From Paramecium tetraurelia (Eukaryota), in NCBI GenBank assembly GCA_000165425.1, contig CT868418.1, positions 186,001-250,000 of the forward strand: DNA of 64,000 bases, read 5' to 3'. Of the stretch, positions 26,537 to 38,984 are shown in pieces. The position numbers and the translations under genes are program-made. Under the pieces are notes generated by a model. It searched no databases and was not told the DNA's origin. It was given only the letters and a program-made list of their open reading frames with translations. Each line of letters starts with the position of its first letter. Position 1 is the stretch's first letter.

Positions 26537-29500
26537 TCATCCATTAAATGTTTCTGTCATGCTTACAGGTTGATTATTGATAATATCAATAATGTGTTTC
26601 ATTCTATCTTGAATCTTCTCTAAAGAATCATTCATGACTTTCATTTTCATTTCAATGGCCTCCTGAATTTCATTACCTTTCTATTAATCGTCCATATCTT
26701 CTTCAGCGAATCGTGCCCTATAATGATGAATATTGTTGTTACCTTTTAATGGGCATCCAACTTATATCCTTTATATCAATCTTGGATTTGATATAGGATT
26801 CATTTCCATTATAATCATTTTCGTCCTTATGCTTCAAATAAGCATAATAATATATGTAATTCCACATGTAATGCTCTAGTTCTATATGTTCTTGAAAGCC
26901 CATACCGCCTCCTTCATCGTTTTTTTCAAATTTTTCTCTTGTGATGCCACATATGAAGCACTTCATAGTTTAATCTTTGATTCTTTCTTGAAGTTTCTCT
27001 CTCAATGATCCAAATGTGTCTACAATAATACCTTATATCATATTGAGCATAATCATCACCAACACAATGTTGACAGCATTATCAAACACAAAACGACTAA
27101 AATAATTCGAAGTAAATTGATGATCAACTCCATCATATTCATTTTACGAGTATTTGACTCTATCCCAACCATTTACAACCATATCATAATTTTGAGTTAT
27201 CTGAGTAATAGTATCGTAATCCATTATTCCTGAACCTAATGCCCCTGTGAACTTGAATGTCAAATCAAAACTAATAAAAATGCATTGCCACATTGTACTA
27301 CATCCCCTCTCACATATGATATGATCATTGTCTGGTAATATTCTGCAACTTGTCCCATCCACAATCCGATAATCATTAAAAAATATGACGAACCCAAGAA
27401 TTCCAACGTAGTATTCAACTACTGCCAATAATAGAAGGGCTAAGCCTATTTCCTATCTTGGACCCCAAATAGCATCCAAAACTGTTTTTAATTGCTCCAA
27501 CTTTAAGAAATCCATTAAATGAAATGCAAAAAAAAAAGGATGCACTGTCAATCCTACAATTCCAGCAATTATATAGATAAAATAATACAAAATATCTGGG
27601 TCCTATAACAAAATAAATAAACTTTTTATTCCTCTTACACTCACCTCCCAAATCATTTTCATAACTGTTTTTGGTTTTTGATAATCTTCCCAAATATGAT
27701 CCACTTTTAGAGGTGCTCTTTTGACCAAAAAGAAGAACACTATCAAAGAACTAAACACCAACATTGTGATTCCCAATCCTTAAATTAAATGAGGTGTCCA
27801 TATGAAATCTGAATACTCTAATAACCTTGGATCTTGCAATCTTTCATAAATCAAATCACCAGTTTAACCAGATTGACTTTCATTATAAAATGATTACGAG
27901 TAACTTAATAGTACAATAAGATTAATAACTAATGTTGTTACAAATGCACAATTCTCCCATAGTTTTCCAGATGTTGCGAAAAATGCGAAAATTGGATTTT
28001 TAGCAAATACTTAATTCAATTTTTCTTCATATTCCATAACCTTTATTAGAAAATTCGCTCTTTCCATCAAGTATGTTAATTTAGTCTTGCTGCTTGTCCT
28101 ATCCACTTGATCATGAAATTCGAGTCTAGCACTTTTTGGTAAGTTACAAATAGGTAATTTTGGAAAATAAATTGTGTAAAGCTTTTAATCTCTGATCATA
28201 TCTATCGAGCAAGTATTCTATCTGAAAAACTTAATAGCATTTTTTGTTAACTCCTTTTGCTCTAATTTCTCTTACAGCAGCTTTTCCTACCTCAATTCCT
28301 CTTCTGATTTCTAAGCCAATCCCAATTATCCGATTAGATTCCCCCCCATTTTTGCAATATTCCCTAAACCTGAAAATATATTTGCTATTGCATTCTCTTC
28401 CTTCTTATTGTTGTTTTCAGAAAACTCATTTAAAACATCATTCATCTCATTATCCTCATATAACATCTATTTGGCTTTTTAATTACCTAAAAACTATTAC
28501 ATCAACAAAAATATATAGAACCCATTTTCTATTATGAATTCTTAATTTACTGCTGGTTCATCATTTGTGATATCTTTCTCAGCTCTTTTGAACATTTCAT
28601 CTTTGTACACAGCTCCAAATGAGTTCTTGAATATTTTGTACACCCTTGTCAAATTATTTGTTAACACATTCAATGGAATAACTCTTACCAATCTAGCAAT
28701 ATCAGAATTCTAAGGGTCACAACATTCTAATAATGATACCAAACAATTTAAACATTTAAACTTCAATCTTGCCAATTACCCTGGATGAATGGCTAATCTA
28801 TATTGTTTTTCACCATCATATTTGAAATACTCGTTTGATTATTCAAATATCTTCTCATCTTCTGACAATATAAGTACAACATATTCCAAAAGATTGCTTT
28901 TCAATAATGCCTATTAATTTTATTTGCATGGTCCTTGAATGAGTTCTGTCAGGGTTTCGAAACATTACAGAACGCTTTCATAATTTCCCTTAGAAATTAA
29001 AAACGTAGAAAGTAACAATACGATTTAAGAAACTAAATCAAAACTATTCTTTTAGTTACTTTAAGATCTCATGTAATTTTAGAGATCCTAGTTGTGACCT
29101 TCACAAAATAACTATATCAATTTTAAGGCTTTACAAACTAATTTATTTTCTTAATAATTTAACTTATGAGCTCTACTCATTGATAATATTTAGATATCAA
29201 ATACATTTTTGAGTTATTTGAAAAACTTTTCACATTATGTATTTGACAAAAAATATTCATAAGCAGTTTTTTAAACATTTTTATTACCATTTTTTAGTAG
29301 CAAAATCATGAATGACATAATAGTCCCCATATATACTGGTTCTAATTCAGATTCGCATAATAACACTATCAATATTTAAGTTACATTCATTCTGTTAAAT
29401 AATACCTGTCTTTCGTACAATTCATTCTCTGTATCCTTCAATATGGCTGATAAAACTTTGAGAATAAAGATGATATTCTCTCTACTTGCTCCATTTGTTT

Positions 29501-32500
29501 TCCAAAATTCCAAATATGTCAAAATTTTAACAATAATATCTGAGTTTGTCAATAATAGATCCTTCACTTCTTATTTTCTATCATCTTTAAACATATTCTA
29601 TATTGTCCAAATGGAATTTGATAACTTTAAGGATTCCTTTTTAACTAAATCCTTAACAAATTCTTGACCAAAATACTTTTTACGAAATTGACTTATTGCT
29701 GAATTTTCTTGAGTTATTTGATAATTAGTTAACATATCAGCTGTCTTTTCATCCTAAGAGATGTTAGGATCTGCCTAGAAGAATTTAATAGGAATTTGAA
29801 TATTGAAGCTTTAGCCTAAATCTGAGATGGTTTTTAATCTTTATTTATTGTTAGTTAATTCAGCTGGTGCTAAAAAGAACATTTTATCAAGATTTTCCAA
29901 AAAGAATGACACAAATTCACTTATCTAATGTTAATCTTTTTCAGATGACAGTAGAGCATTTTGTAACAGTTCGTTATATCTATTTACAACAGGTAATAAG
30001 GAATCAAACAAGTAATTCAAATTTTAAGGTATAAATTAATCCTTTTGTTTGATTACTTTATGTTCATCTGTGAGTATTTTATTTAAGGTTTCTGAATTAT
30101 AAGGAAACATAAGTTCATCAAGTGATTCAGGCTTATGAAATACCATTGTTTTGATAATGTTCCAATAATCACTCTACAATTGTATATCATCAGGATGAGG
30201 CTTTTCTTTCTATTTTATACACCCCAATATTCTTTAGGTCACTATTAATGTTTGTTCTAAAAGATCTTGTAATTTTAGAAATTCAATTCCTTGACTGATT
30301 AATGAGGCTCTTATCTTTTTTGACAGACATTTTGACACTATATTGATGAAATACAATTAATATTTAGCCTTATTAGGAGTATAGTCGAAAAAGTCAGTCA
30401 TTTTACGAGACTCTTAAAATGGATATAATGGGTTTTCGTATTCTGAATCAGGGGATAAACTCATAGGTTCAGTTAGTTTTTCAATTATAATTTCAAACAT
30501 ATCAACTGACTTTTTGGAATATATTTCTGTTACTTTAATAATTTCTAAATAAAATTACAGAAACTCAGGGTATCTTCCATGTTATTTTATTAATGCAATA
30601 AAATAATCGTATTCCTATTAACCAAGTTAGCCATATAAGGTTGGCTTTTTCTCAAATAATGAACAAATTAAACTTATTTAACCAATATTCTGATTGCTAT
30701 TCTAAATTATTTTCTTGACAACTTTTCTATACACAGTTAAAGCATTCCTTTCATTATCTTTGGCAAAAAAGGCCATAATGTTCATTGTATGTTTCAGTAA
30801 TATAATTAAATCAGGAGGAAAAGACTTTTAATCAATAACAGTTAATGCTTTATTTATCAACTCTATTAATACTTCGTAACCACCTATATGTTCAAATATT
30901 TATTATTTTAATTTTAGAGAAACACTTTCAGTTTACTAAAATATACTATCTATTTTCCATAAACATTGTAGTGTTTAATGCATAATTCTATTGTTCTCTG
31001 TTATCCAAGTCTAACTTCGTTGGACATTATTCTTCAAAATTTAAGTCATTTAAACCCATACATCAAACAATTATTGGGATTCATTGGTATCTAAAATCTA
31101 TATATTCTCAAAATGCTATAAAAATTCTTTCTTTTACCTAGCAAACCTTTAAATCAACTCAACGATTTGGTTCTCCAATTAAGGATTCCTTGAAAAATAC
31201 AAGGAAATTAGCAACACTTCTATAAATGGTCTTCTTAAGACTTCATCAAAAGTTTTTAAAACTGGAGCCGATGTTCTATTTAATCTCCTCTCATTTTCTG
31301 GTTTATCTATCCATTATTCTCCTGACATCAATATTTCTTCTGGAAATAGTTTAATTAACTCTTCCTCTTTAACTTCATCATTTAATTATTTATTTTACTA
31401 TAGAGACTTATAAAACTCAATCGCATTATCTATCCAATAATCCTAAGAGACATCCATTAAATAAGAGAAAATCTAACATATTTGTATCTTTATTAACACT
31501 TAATAGTCTTCTTCCTTGTTTTCTCGTAGGGTAAAGGTTTTATTATTGTATCTTTATAACACTTTTTTAAGATTTTTCATTTTCTTAAATAAAGAATCGT
31601 TAACAACTTCTGTATCTTATTATTTAACCTATCTAAAATTTTGATTAGTTTATAATTGTTCATCCTTTTCCTTGGTTTCTTTTTCAAACACTTGACTAAT
31701 ACCTGATATATTAAATTTCATAAAGCCTTTATCTTTTTCATTTTCTGCTTACCAATTTCTCTTAATTTTTGCATTTGCAAGACACTTAAAATACTAATGA
31801 TCATATTCTAAAATCTTTGCTAAGACAGTAATTAATCTATCAATTTCCTTTAATCCCATTCCATTTTCTGATATTTTATTAAAAAGTGAAGCGCCTCTCT
31901 TATGTGAGTTCTTTTTCTAGATGGGACCTTCAACATCTCTTTTCCAAAACAACTCAAATTTAAGCATTAATTCTAATATCTTAATGATTTCTAATGTCTC
32001 TAAGTTATAAACAGTTTCTTCTCCTAAATTTAAATCTAATTTTTCTGATTAAACTTCCAAATAGATGAGCATCTTAAGTTTCAACTTCTAAATATCAAAC
32101 CCTCCTTTTTCGTGTTTCTGACTAGATACTTCATCAAATAAAAATAAAGTTTTTTAAGTAGTTTTTTCTTCTAAAATCCTGACCAATTCAGGTTTAGGTG
32201 TTGTTGTATAAGGTTCTCTATCAATATATAAGGTTCTTATCATTCTAAAGAAGTATGCTCGAACTTGTTTATTAACAAAGTGATACTCTCCATTAAAACT
32301 ATCTTCTTAATCATTTTTTTATTCAGCATAAGATAATAAAATAGAATAAGTAAATGTTTTAGATATCAGTTCTCTTGCTGCTGTATTTCTATGAAAACAA
32401 ATATTTGAAAAAAAAGCCAGTTATTCAATTAAAAAATTGTATTACACTTCATAAAAATGATCCATATCTTTGAATTATTGATAATCATTTAAAAAGTCAT

Positions 32501-35091
32501 TCAACATTCTTGTTACGTAGGTCTTATTTGAAGTTCTATAAGTAATGTAGAATTCTTTATAATTCCCTTCACTTTCTTGAATTGGTTCTAAATGCATATA
32601 AATTTTCTCTTCTCCTTAATCATTCTTAACCTTTTGATTCAACAATTAAATACTATTTAGCAAATATTCTTAATTATTAAAAACAGGTTCGCCATTGGCC
32701 TCACAAGTTTCTGATAAAAAATGCATTAAATCTGGTAAAAGTTAATCATTTTTAGATAAAACATCCAAAAGTCTGGATAAAATTGTGGTTTGGCTTTTTT
32801 AATTTTTTTAATCTGTAGTGTTTGCATTCGTTGTGAATTTCATATCATAAGCAATTTCCTATTTATTCAACTAACTCAAAATTTGATAATTGTTAGTTAT
32901 ACATTAACAGATAGTTGTACAAATATAATCATGAGTAATTTACTTTTCAAAATGTTTAAAATATTTCATTAATATCTCCTAATTCTATTGATTATTATGA
33001 CATGCAATTTTGATGGTTTGAAATAACTTTAGTTATAATAATCTTTTTCTCTTCCTATGATTTTCTTCCAATTATTCCTTTAACTTTTATACTTTTTTTT
33101 CATATGCTGCATCGTTGGTTTTATCCAATTATTATTAAATCATATTTTAAACTCTCAAAATAATTGAGTGCTCACCGTATAGATCGCTAATTAGATTCTG
33201 CTCTGTTCCTTCTACTTTTTCATCAGGATTAGGGAATGTTGTACATATAAGCCATATTAATAAAGGTAATATGTTTTCTTCCCTGAGAATATCCTATCTA
33301 TTTTATGAAACAAAGGAGAAATCTTATGTTGTTTATATGTTGCTCACTAACTTATTATACATAAATTGATTTAAGATTTCAAGTAAAGAATTCAGCTTTT
33401 CAAAAAGGTAATAAAACTCAATCCTCTCTTAAACTTCACTTTTTTTCATGCAAGCAATACTTGTTAGAGGTTATACTATTTCAAAGTAAGAGATGGCCTC
33501 TTTTAAAATAGGTACTAAAAATACTAAGAATCTCTTTTCCCAGATGTCCTCATAGTCAGTTTTCCTGAACCTAATACAATTGATTAAATCAATATCTTAT
33601 GTAATACACACAGATCCATAAGGAATATCAGGCTCATTTCTTAAATTTAAATAGCTTCCAGTCAAAAAATGTTTAATTAAGAAATATGATTCTTTATCAA
33701 CAAATTTTGAATTTTTTTTAACAGGCACAAACTAGAATAACGTATTCTTTGTCACTTATTCTGTAAGTTTGACCTACCTCATAATATTGACATCCAAATA
33801 TTAGCCAGTTTAAAAATGTCTAATGCGATAACACTTATCCCATTTGACTTCTCCTCCAGTAAAATTATCTGATTCTATCCTCCAATAAGCACTAAAGGGA
33901 ATAGTAATTTTGTCTTATTTGTTACCAACAAAATTGCTAAAAAATAGCTTAAGTTCTGAATACAAGGCCTTATCAATTTCTCTGATGTTTTTTGATGCCT
34001 AAATAACTTGAGATGACCGAGATTACATCGATCTCTACTTCTCATATATATGACTATTTTATGAATCTGATTTATAGTTTCTTGATTCATTCCTTCCGAC
34101 TTCTTCACTCACTTACCTTGAAATGACCGCCTACTATCCTGGAAAGAGAGTCTGTTATTTGGTATAAGTGAGTTTATCTTAAATGATATTACTAATATCA
34201 TCTACAGAATTGCGGTCTAAAATTTCTTTGACTTTTTCTTGGATGTCTTAGGTTTTCTTTGCAGTTAAGTATAACTAGCGATTATAAATTTGTTACATTA
34301 AGTTCTGGTAAATGAAATATGGCCACGTCTCCTACGAATAAGGCTTCATCATTATCTTATTGTGTCTAAAATATTTTGATTCTCCATTAAGTTTAATCTT
34401 CAACTGATGCTATCACCTTTGCTCTGCCAACTTCATCATCATATTTCTGGGGTTCATCTTGCAATTCGTAATAGTTCAATCCCCAATAATCAGTGAAGAG
34501 GTTTGCTGTTCTATTACATACTTGCTTATTTGCAGAGATACAGACAACATCTCCACTATACACCTAATTGGTTCTTAATTTTTGAAAATTTAAACAGGGG
34601 TTGAATTTTAATAATGTATTGTTGTTTGGAAAGTCAATCAATTTAAATTATAATGCTTCCAAGTTTTGATCATCCAACGCTAGAAATTTCAATGAAGAAA
34701 CATGAACTAAGTGAAATATTGACGAACTAAAAACTAAAGGAGTGCCTGCTAATTTCTTTGTAAGTGAAATATTCGAGGTTAGTTCATTCTCTAAATTATG
34801 CAAGATAGTTTAAATTTTATGTTTTCTTTGGCTTTAGTCAAACTTTTCTAATTCGTTAAAACTCGAATCTTTAAATTAGCATAAAAGATCATCTTGTGCC
34901 TTGTAATTTAAAACAGGGAGTATTCTGAAAACACAATTCTAATAATCTTGATCTAAGTCACCTCTTAATTGGTGAAATGATCTCAAGTTAAAATTCTGTG
35001 TGCTGAATCCATTTGAATATAATGATAAGTTTGGAAAGGCACTCATGTTAAGTACAATTAAGGACGAATAAGTAATAGGTTCCGGATTCAT
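26537..35091 (-). CDS. Inositol 1,4,5-trisphosphate/ryanodine receptor-like Ca2+ release channel (~2,835 aa)
   Basis: ATG 35091, TGA 26537-26539, introns at 34275-34296 and 26718-26742. MIR-like YRIRHFQTGQYL, RIH-associated LICEGHNQDLQNYMRSQ and ETLTELIQGPCKQNQ, TM region ending LNMIQGIIVDTFGSLRE, and C-terminal KCFICG...HIELEHYMWNY. Confidence 0.95.
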
Positions 35092-35289
35092 AATTTAATT
35101 ATTATATAACTAAAGTTAATTTAATAAAACACTAAAAGTATTTTACCTAATTTCCAATTTCGAATACAAATCATAAAGACTATGATTTTCTCTACCAAAG
35201 AGTAAAATTTGTATATCAAAGTTATAAAAACAGTTCTCATTTGAAATATATATGATAATGATTAGATTTCATTTAATTAAATTATATAT

Positions 35290-36870
35290 ATGATTATATT
35301 CAGGGCTAGTTTTGCATTTGCAAGGAAAGTTAAATAACTAAGAACTTCCTTAATAAATAATTCAAAAAAAACTGATGAGGAAAATATTTCAAGTGAATCA
35401 ATTGAATCTAAGGAGAAGGTGGAGAAAGTGAATGTACCTGAGAATTAAGAAAATTTGGAATAGAAGGAGAAAAAGGTTTTTGAGAAAAAATTCATAAAAT
35501 CTCCAGAATATTTGATGGCATGTAATCATCAACCAGCACTTTCTTTACCAGAAGAGATCTTAAAAAAAGCTAGAAAAGTATTCTCAAAATATCCTCCTGA
35601 TGAATTAAGAGATGCTTCTTATAAATATATGAGAATGTATTAATTATTGCATGCACTTGAGAAACCAGTATCTGTAACAATAAAAAGGAACAATTTATTC
35701 GAGAATCCAGAAAATTTATAAAAATTAACAGAGAAAAAAGTTATCCATTTATATAAAAAAGGAACAAGTGAATAATAAATATTGGATAAGATATTTGAAA
35801 GAAGATAGAAGAAGGATGTAAATGTGGATAGAGTAAATAGTGCTGAAGAAAAACTAGAAGAATTTCATAACTTTGCATCAGCCATAGATTATGATTAAAT
35901 ATTAACAGTATCATACTTCTTAAGAAAAGTTCCTGGATCTTTTGCAGTTGGTTAAAAAATAATGACAGAAATACAAAAGAGAAATCCAAATTTTAATCCA
36001 AAATCCATGCTTGATTATGGAAGTGGAATAGGAACATGGGCATGGAGTTTCAAGAAATTGTATCCTGATGTTAAAAACGTAGTTTGTGTAGAACCAAATG
36101 TATATATGAGAAAACTAGGAAAATTTGTTACTTAAGATTATATAAAGGATGTTAAATTTTATGAAAGTTTGTCACATACATTGGAACTAAGTTATGATTA
36201 TTTTGATTTTATAAGCATCGCATATGTTTTAGAGGAAATTAATCATCCTGAGGCAAGATTATTAGCATTACAATCCTTATGGGCTAAATTATCAGATGAT
36301 GGAGTCATGGTTCTAGTATGTCCAGGATCACCAACAGGATTCCGTTTTGTAAATGACTTCAGAGAATGGATATTGAAATAAAAAGGTGTTATTGTAGCTC
36401 CCTGTTAGCATTAGTAAACATGTCCTATGGCTAAAGAAGGATTTTAATGGTGTCATTTTAAATAGATGTTTACTGCTTGGCCAAAGGATGGTAATTTTAA
36501 TTGTATAACTAAGAGTATTCCCAAAGTACATCTATGAAAATACTGCAGTGACAGAGAAATTCTCATATTTAGCTGTATCCAAGAAGGCTTTGGTTTAGGA
36601 GGGATAAGACTGGCCAAGAATTACGTTTGATCCATTAAAAAGAGGAAAGCATCTTATTCTTGATATGTGTACAGATTAAGGAACATTGGAGAGGTATCAA
36701 TACATATATATATAAATAAAATTAGACGTATAGTTGCCAAATCTCATGGCAAAGAAGGTGGGTATTATGAAGCCAAGCACTTAAACGGAGGAGATCTTTG
36801 GAGATTCCCAAAATTGCCTCCATCAAAGGTGGGAAAAAAGAGAAGAAAGTAACCAGTTAAAATTCTTTGA
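35290..36870 (+). CDS. RSM22: Mitoribosome small-subunit assembly methyltransferase-like protein Rsm22/METTL17
   Basis: SAM motif MLDYGSGIGT, then AYVLEEI, PGSPTGF, VAPCQHQQTCP..WCHF, EKFSYL, WPRI, HLILDMC, GDLW. Introns at 36491-36515 and ~36694-36725. Confidence 0.88.
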
Positions 36871-36937
36871 AGCATTTGTATGTAGATCTGTATAATAATA
36901 TTATTAAACTGTTTATTTCTTTATAATGAATACAAAA

Positions 36938-38352
36938 TCACATCATAGCTCTTAAGGATTCTATTGAACCCAACACCATTGCTAATATGGCTACTATCAA
37001 AACAAACGTATAGGTTGCTTTAGGTTAAGGCTCAGATGTCTTCTTGAAATGAATCATGTGGGCCAATACAGGGAAACAGAACTTATAAATAAATCTATCA
37101 TACTTATAATAGAGATCCAAAAATACTTCCCATGAAATTCAAAAAGTGAGACAAATGTGGGACATAGTAAGCTATTAAATATATGCACATCATAGCTAGA
37201 GTTCTTATCACAATTTGTATTTTGGTATCTGCAAACATTGAATCTTCAGTATTATTTTGAATTTAATTATTTTCAAATTCATTAATTTAAGGTTATAGTG
37301 GAACTTCCTAATATGATTACTTCTCTAAAATCATTCTTTCAATTATTTACACAGCTGGGAACAATTACAAAGGATATGTTAATAATAGACTGATAGAATA
37401 AAACACAACTGAAATGAATTATAGATAAGGATTCTTTATTTATAATGGTAATTACTTCTAAATTAAAAATTAGTATGGGTTTGATGTCTGATTAATATGT
37501 TGGAACAGCAATCAAAGCTATGAAAATGGAGATTCCAAATGCTGTAATCATACTGTTAATTGCAACCATTTTGAAATCTAGTTTGTTGACCATGCTGTCA
37601 CGGATTGGTAGTATGGTTAATATGCCTTCGCAACAGAGAATGGCAACTCCAACGTAATGAAAAGAGCCTTTTCTAATAAAAACTAGCTCACTTACTTCTA
37701 ATATTGATGGCATTCTCAAAACTGTACAATCCTTTTGAGAACCTTATGGAGCAATCATAGAAAACTACTATGAAACCCATAATGGCAGCATAGAATCCGT
37801 ATTTACTTGTTAAATGAAAGAAGTGGATGTTCTTTATATAGGATAAAGGAAAGATAATGAGCAATGTCATACATAATGACTGCCATTTCTCAAATTCAAT
37901 TCCAATCGATAGCAGAGATTGTGTTACAGATTCAGCCAAAAATATTAAATAGGCTATGCATATGCCAACCAATTGTAATACAATTGCTATGTCCAAATAG
38001 AATGCCCACTTTAGACCCAATGTGATACGGATAACATCAGCATATAAAATTTTATCCACTGCCAAATGATCAGCAACTCCAATCAATAAAATACTTGATC
38101 TAAAATTATTAAGATATATTTCACTAAACACAACTAAAGGCAACTGGCAAAAATAAAAATATTGACCAAAACCATCCCACAGAATAAGTTACAAAAGGTA
38201 ATACAATAGCTCCTGCATATGTTGTTTTAAAATCATATACCAATTCCTAAATTAGATTTCACAAAGTTAAAATAAGCTTATATTGGAGTTGATTTATGTC
38301 TATCAGACTTTTTTGAATTAGCACTCAGTTCTTCAAATTCTCTAATCTCCAT
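36938..38352 (-). CDS. Amino-acid transporter (Aa_trans/AAAP, SLC36/38-like)
   Basis: Motifs AYFNFVKSNLGIGAIVLP, GICIAYLIF, CCEGILTILPI, TYPLQLFP and multiple hydrophobic helices. Several tiny introns. Confidence 0.9.
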
Positions 38353-38474
38353 TATTCGTTTTTATTTTATTAAAATAATATTACTTTATTTAATTTGTAA
38401 AATAAAAAGTTTTAATATAGTTGCATAAACATAAATATATTACATCTATTTCAACTATTCTATAAAGTAACTGA

Positions 38475-38892
38475 TGTCAAATTAACTTATTACGAATTAT
38501 TTTGCCTTAAGCAAGAGATAAGAAAAACAATCATCTGTTTAATTAAACTAATTGATTTTGCACAAGACTAAATAAGACGCTGCTGATGTTCTTAAGATTG
38601 AACCTCAAAGTTAAGTGTTCAACATGCTTACTTATCCTATGGATTACCATTAGCTAAAGTTCATGTGTGCTTTATTGCTAATTTACAATATAGTTCTTGC
38701 AAATTTGAAATATTTGATAGCAGAATAAGATAATGTTAGCAATTCTAATTACGACCTATAGCAATTACTATTATTAAACTACGGATAGTGTCTAAATTAT
38801 AATTGTATCAATAAGTAAGTAAGAACAAAAATAAGAAATTTTGTATTTGGTTTGTCCATTTCAATTCTCATCAATCACTTATATACATTTGA
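38475..38892 (+). CDS. Short hypothetical protein or remnant, possibly CDT1-like N-terminus
   Basis: MSNQLITNYFALSKR (PIP-degron-like) followed by YPMDYHQL. The C-terminus depends on an uncertain intron, so boundaries are uncertain. Confidence 0.3.
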
Positions 38893-38984
38893 TAAATCAA
38901 TATTTTAATCATTCTTGATGTTAATCCATAGGTCTTCTTTATAATTAAAAGTATAAATTATAGAATAATATATTAAATTAATTT

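Noticed and set aside
27415..27693. Apparent frameshift in the IP3R at the A10 run
   Set aside because: The ciliate-code frame reads HPFFFAFHLMDFLK without a break, so the listed ORF is an alternative frame.
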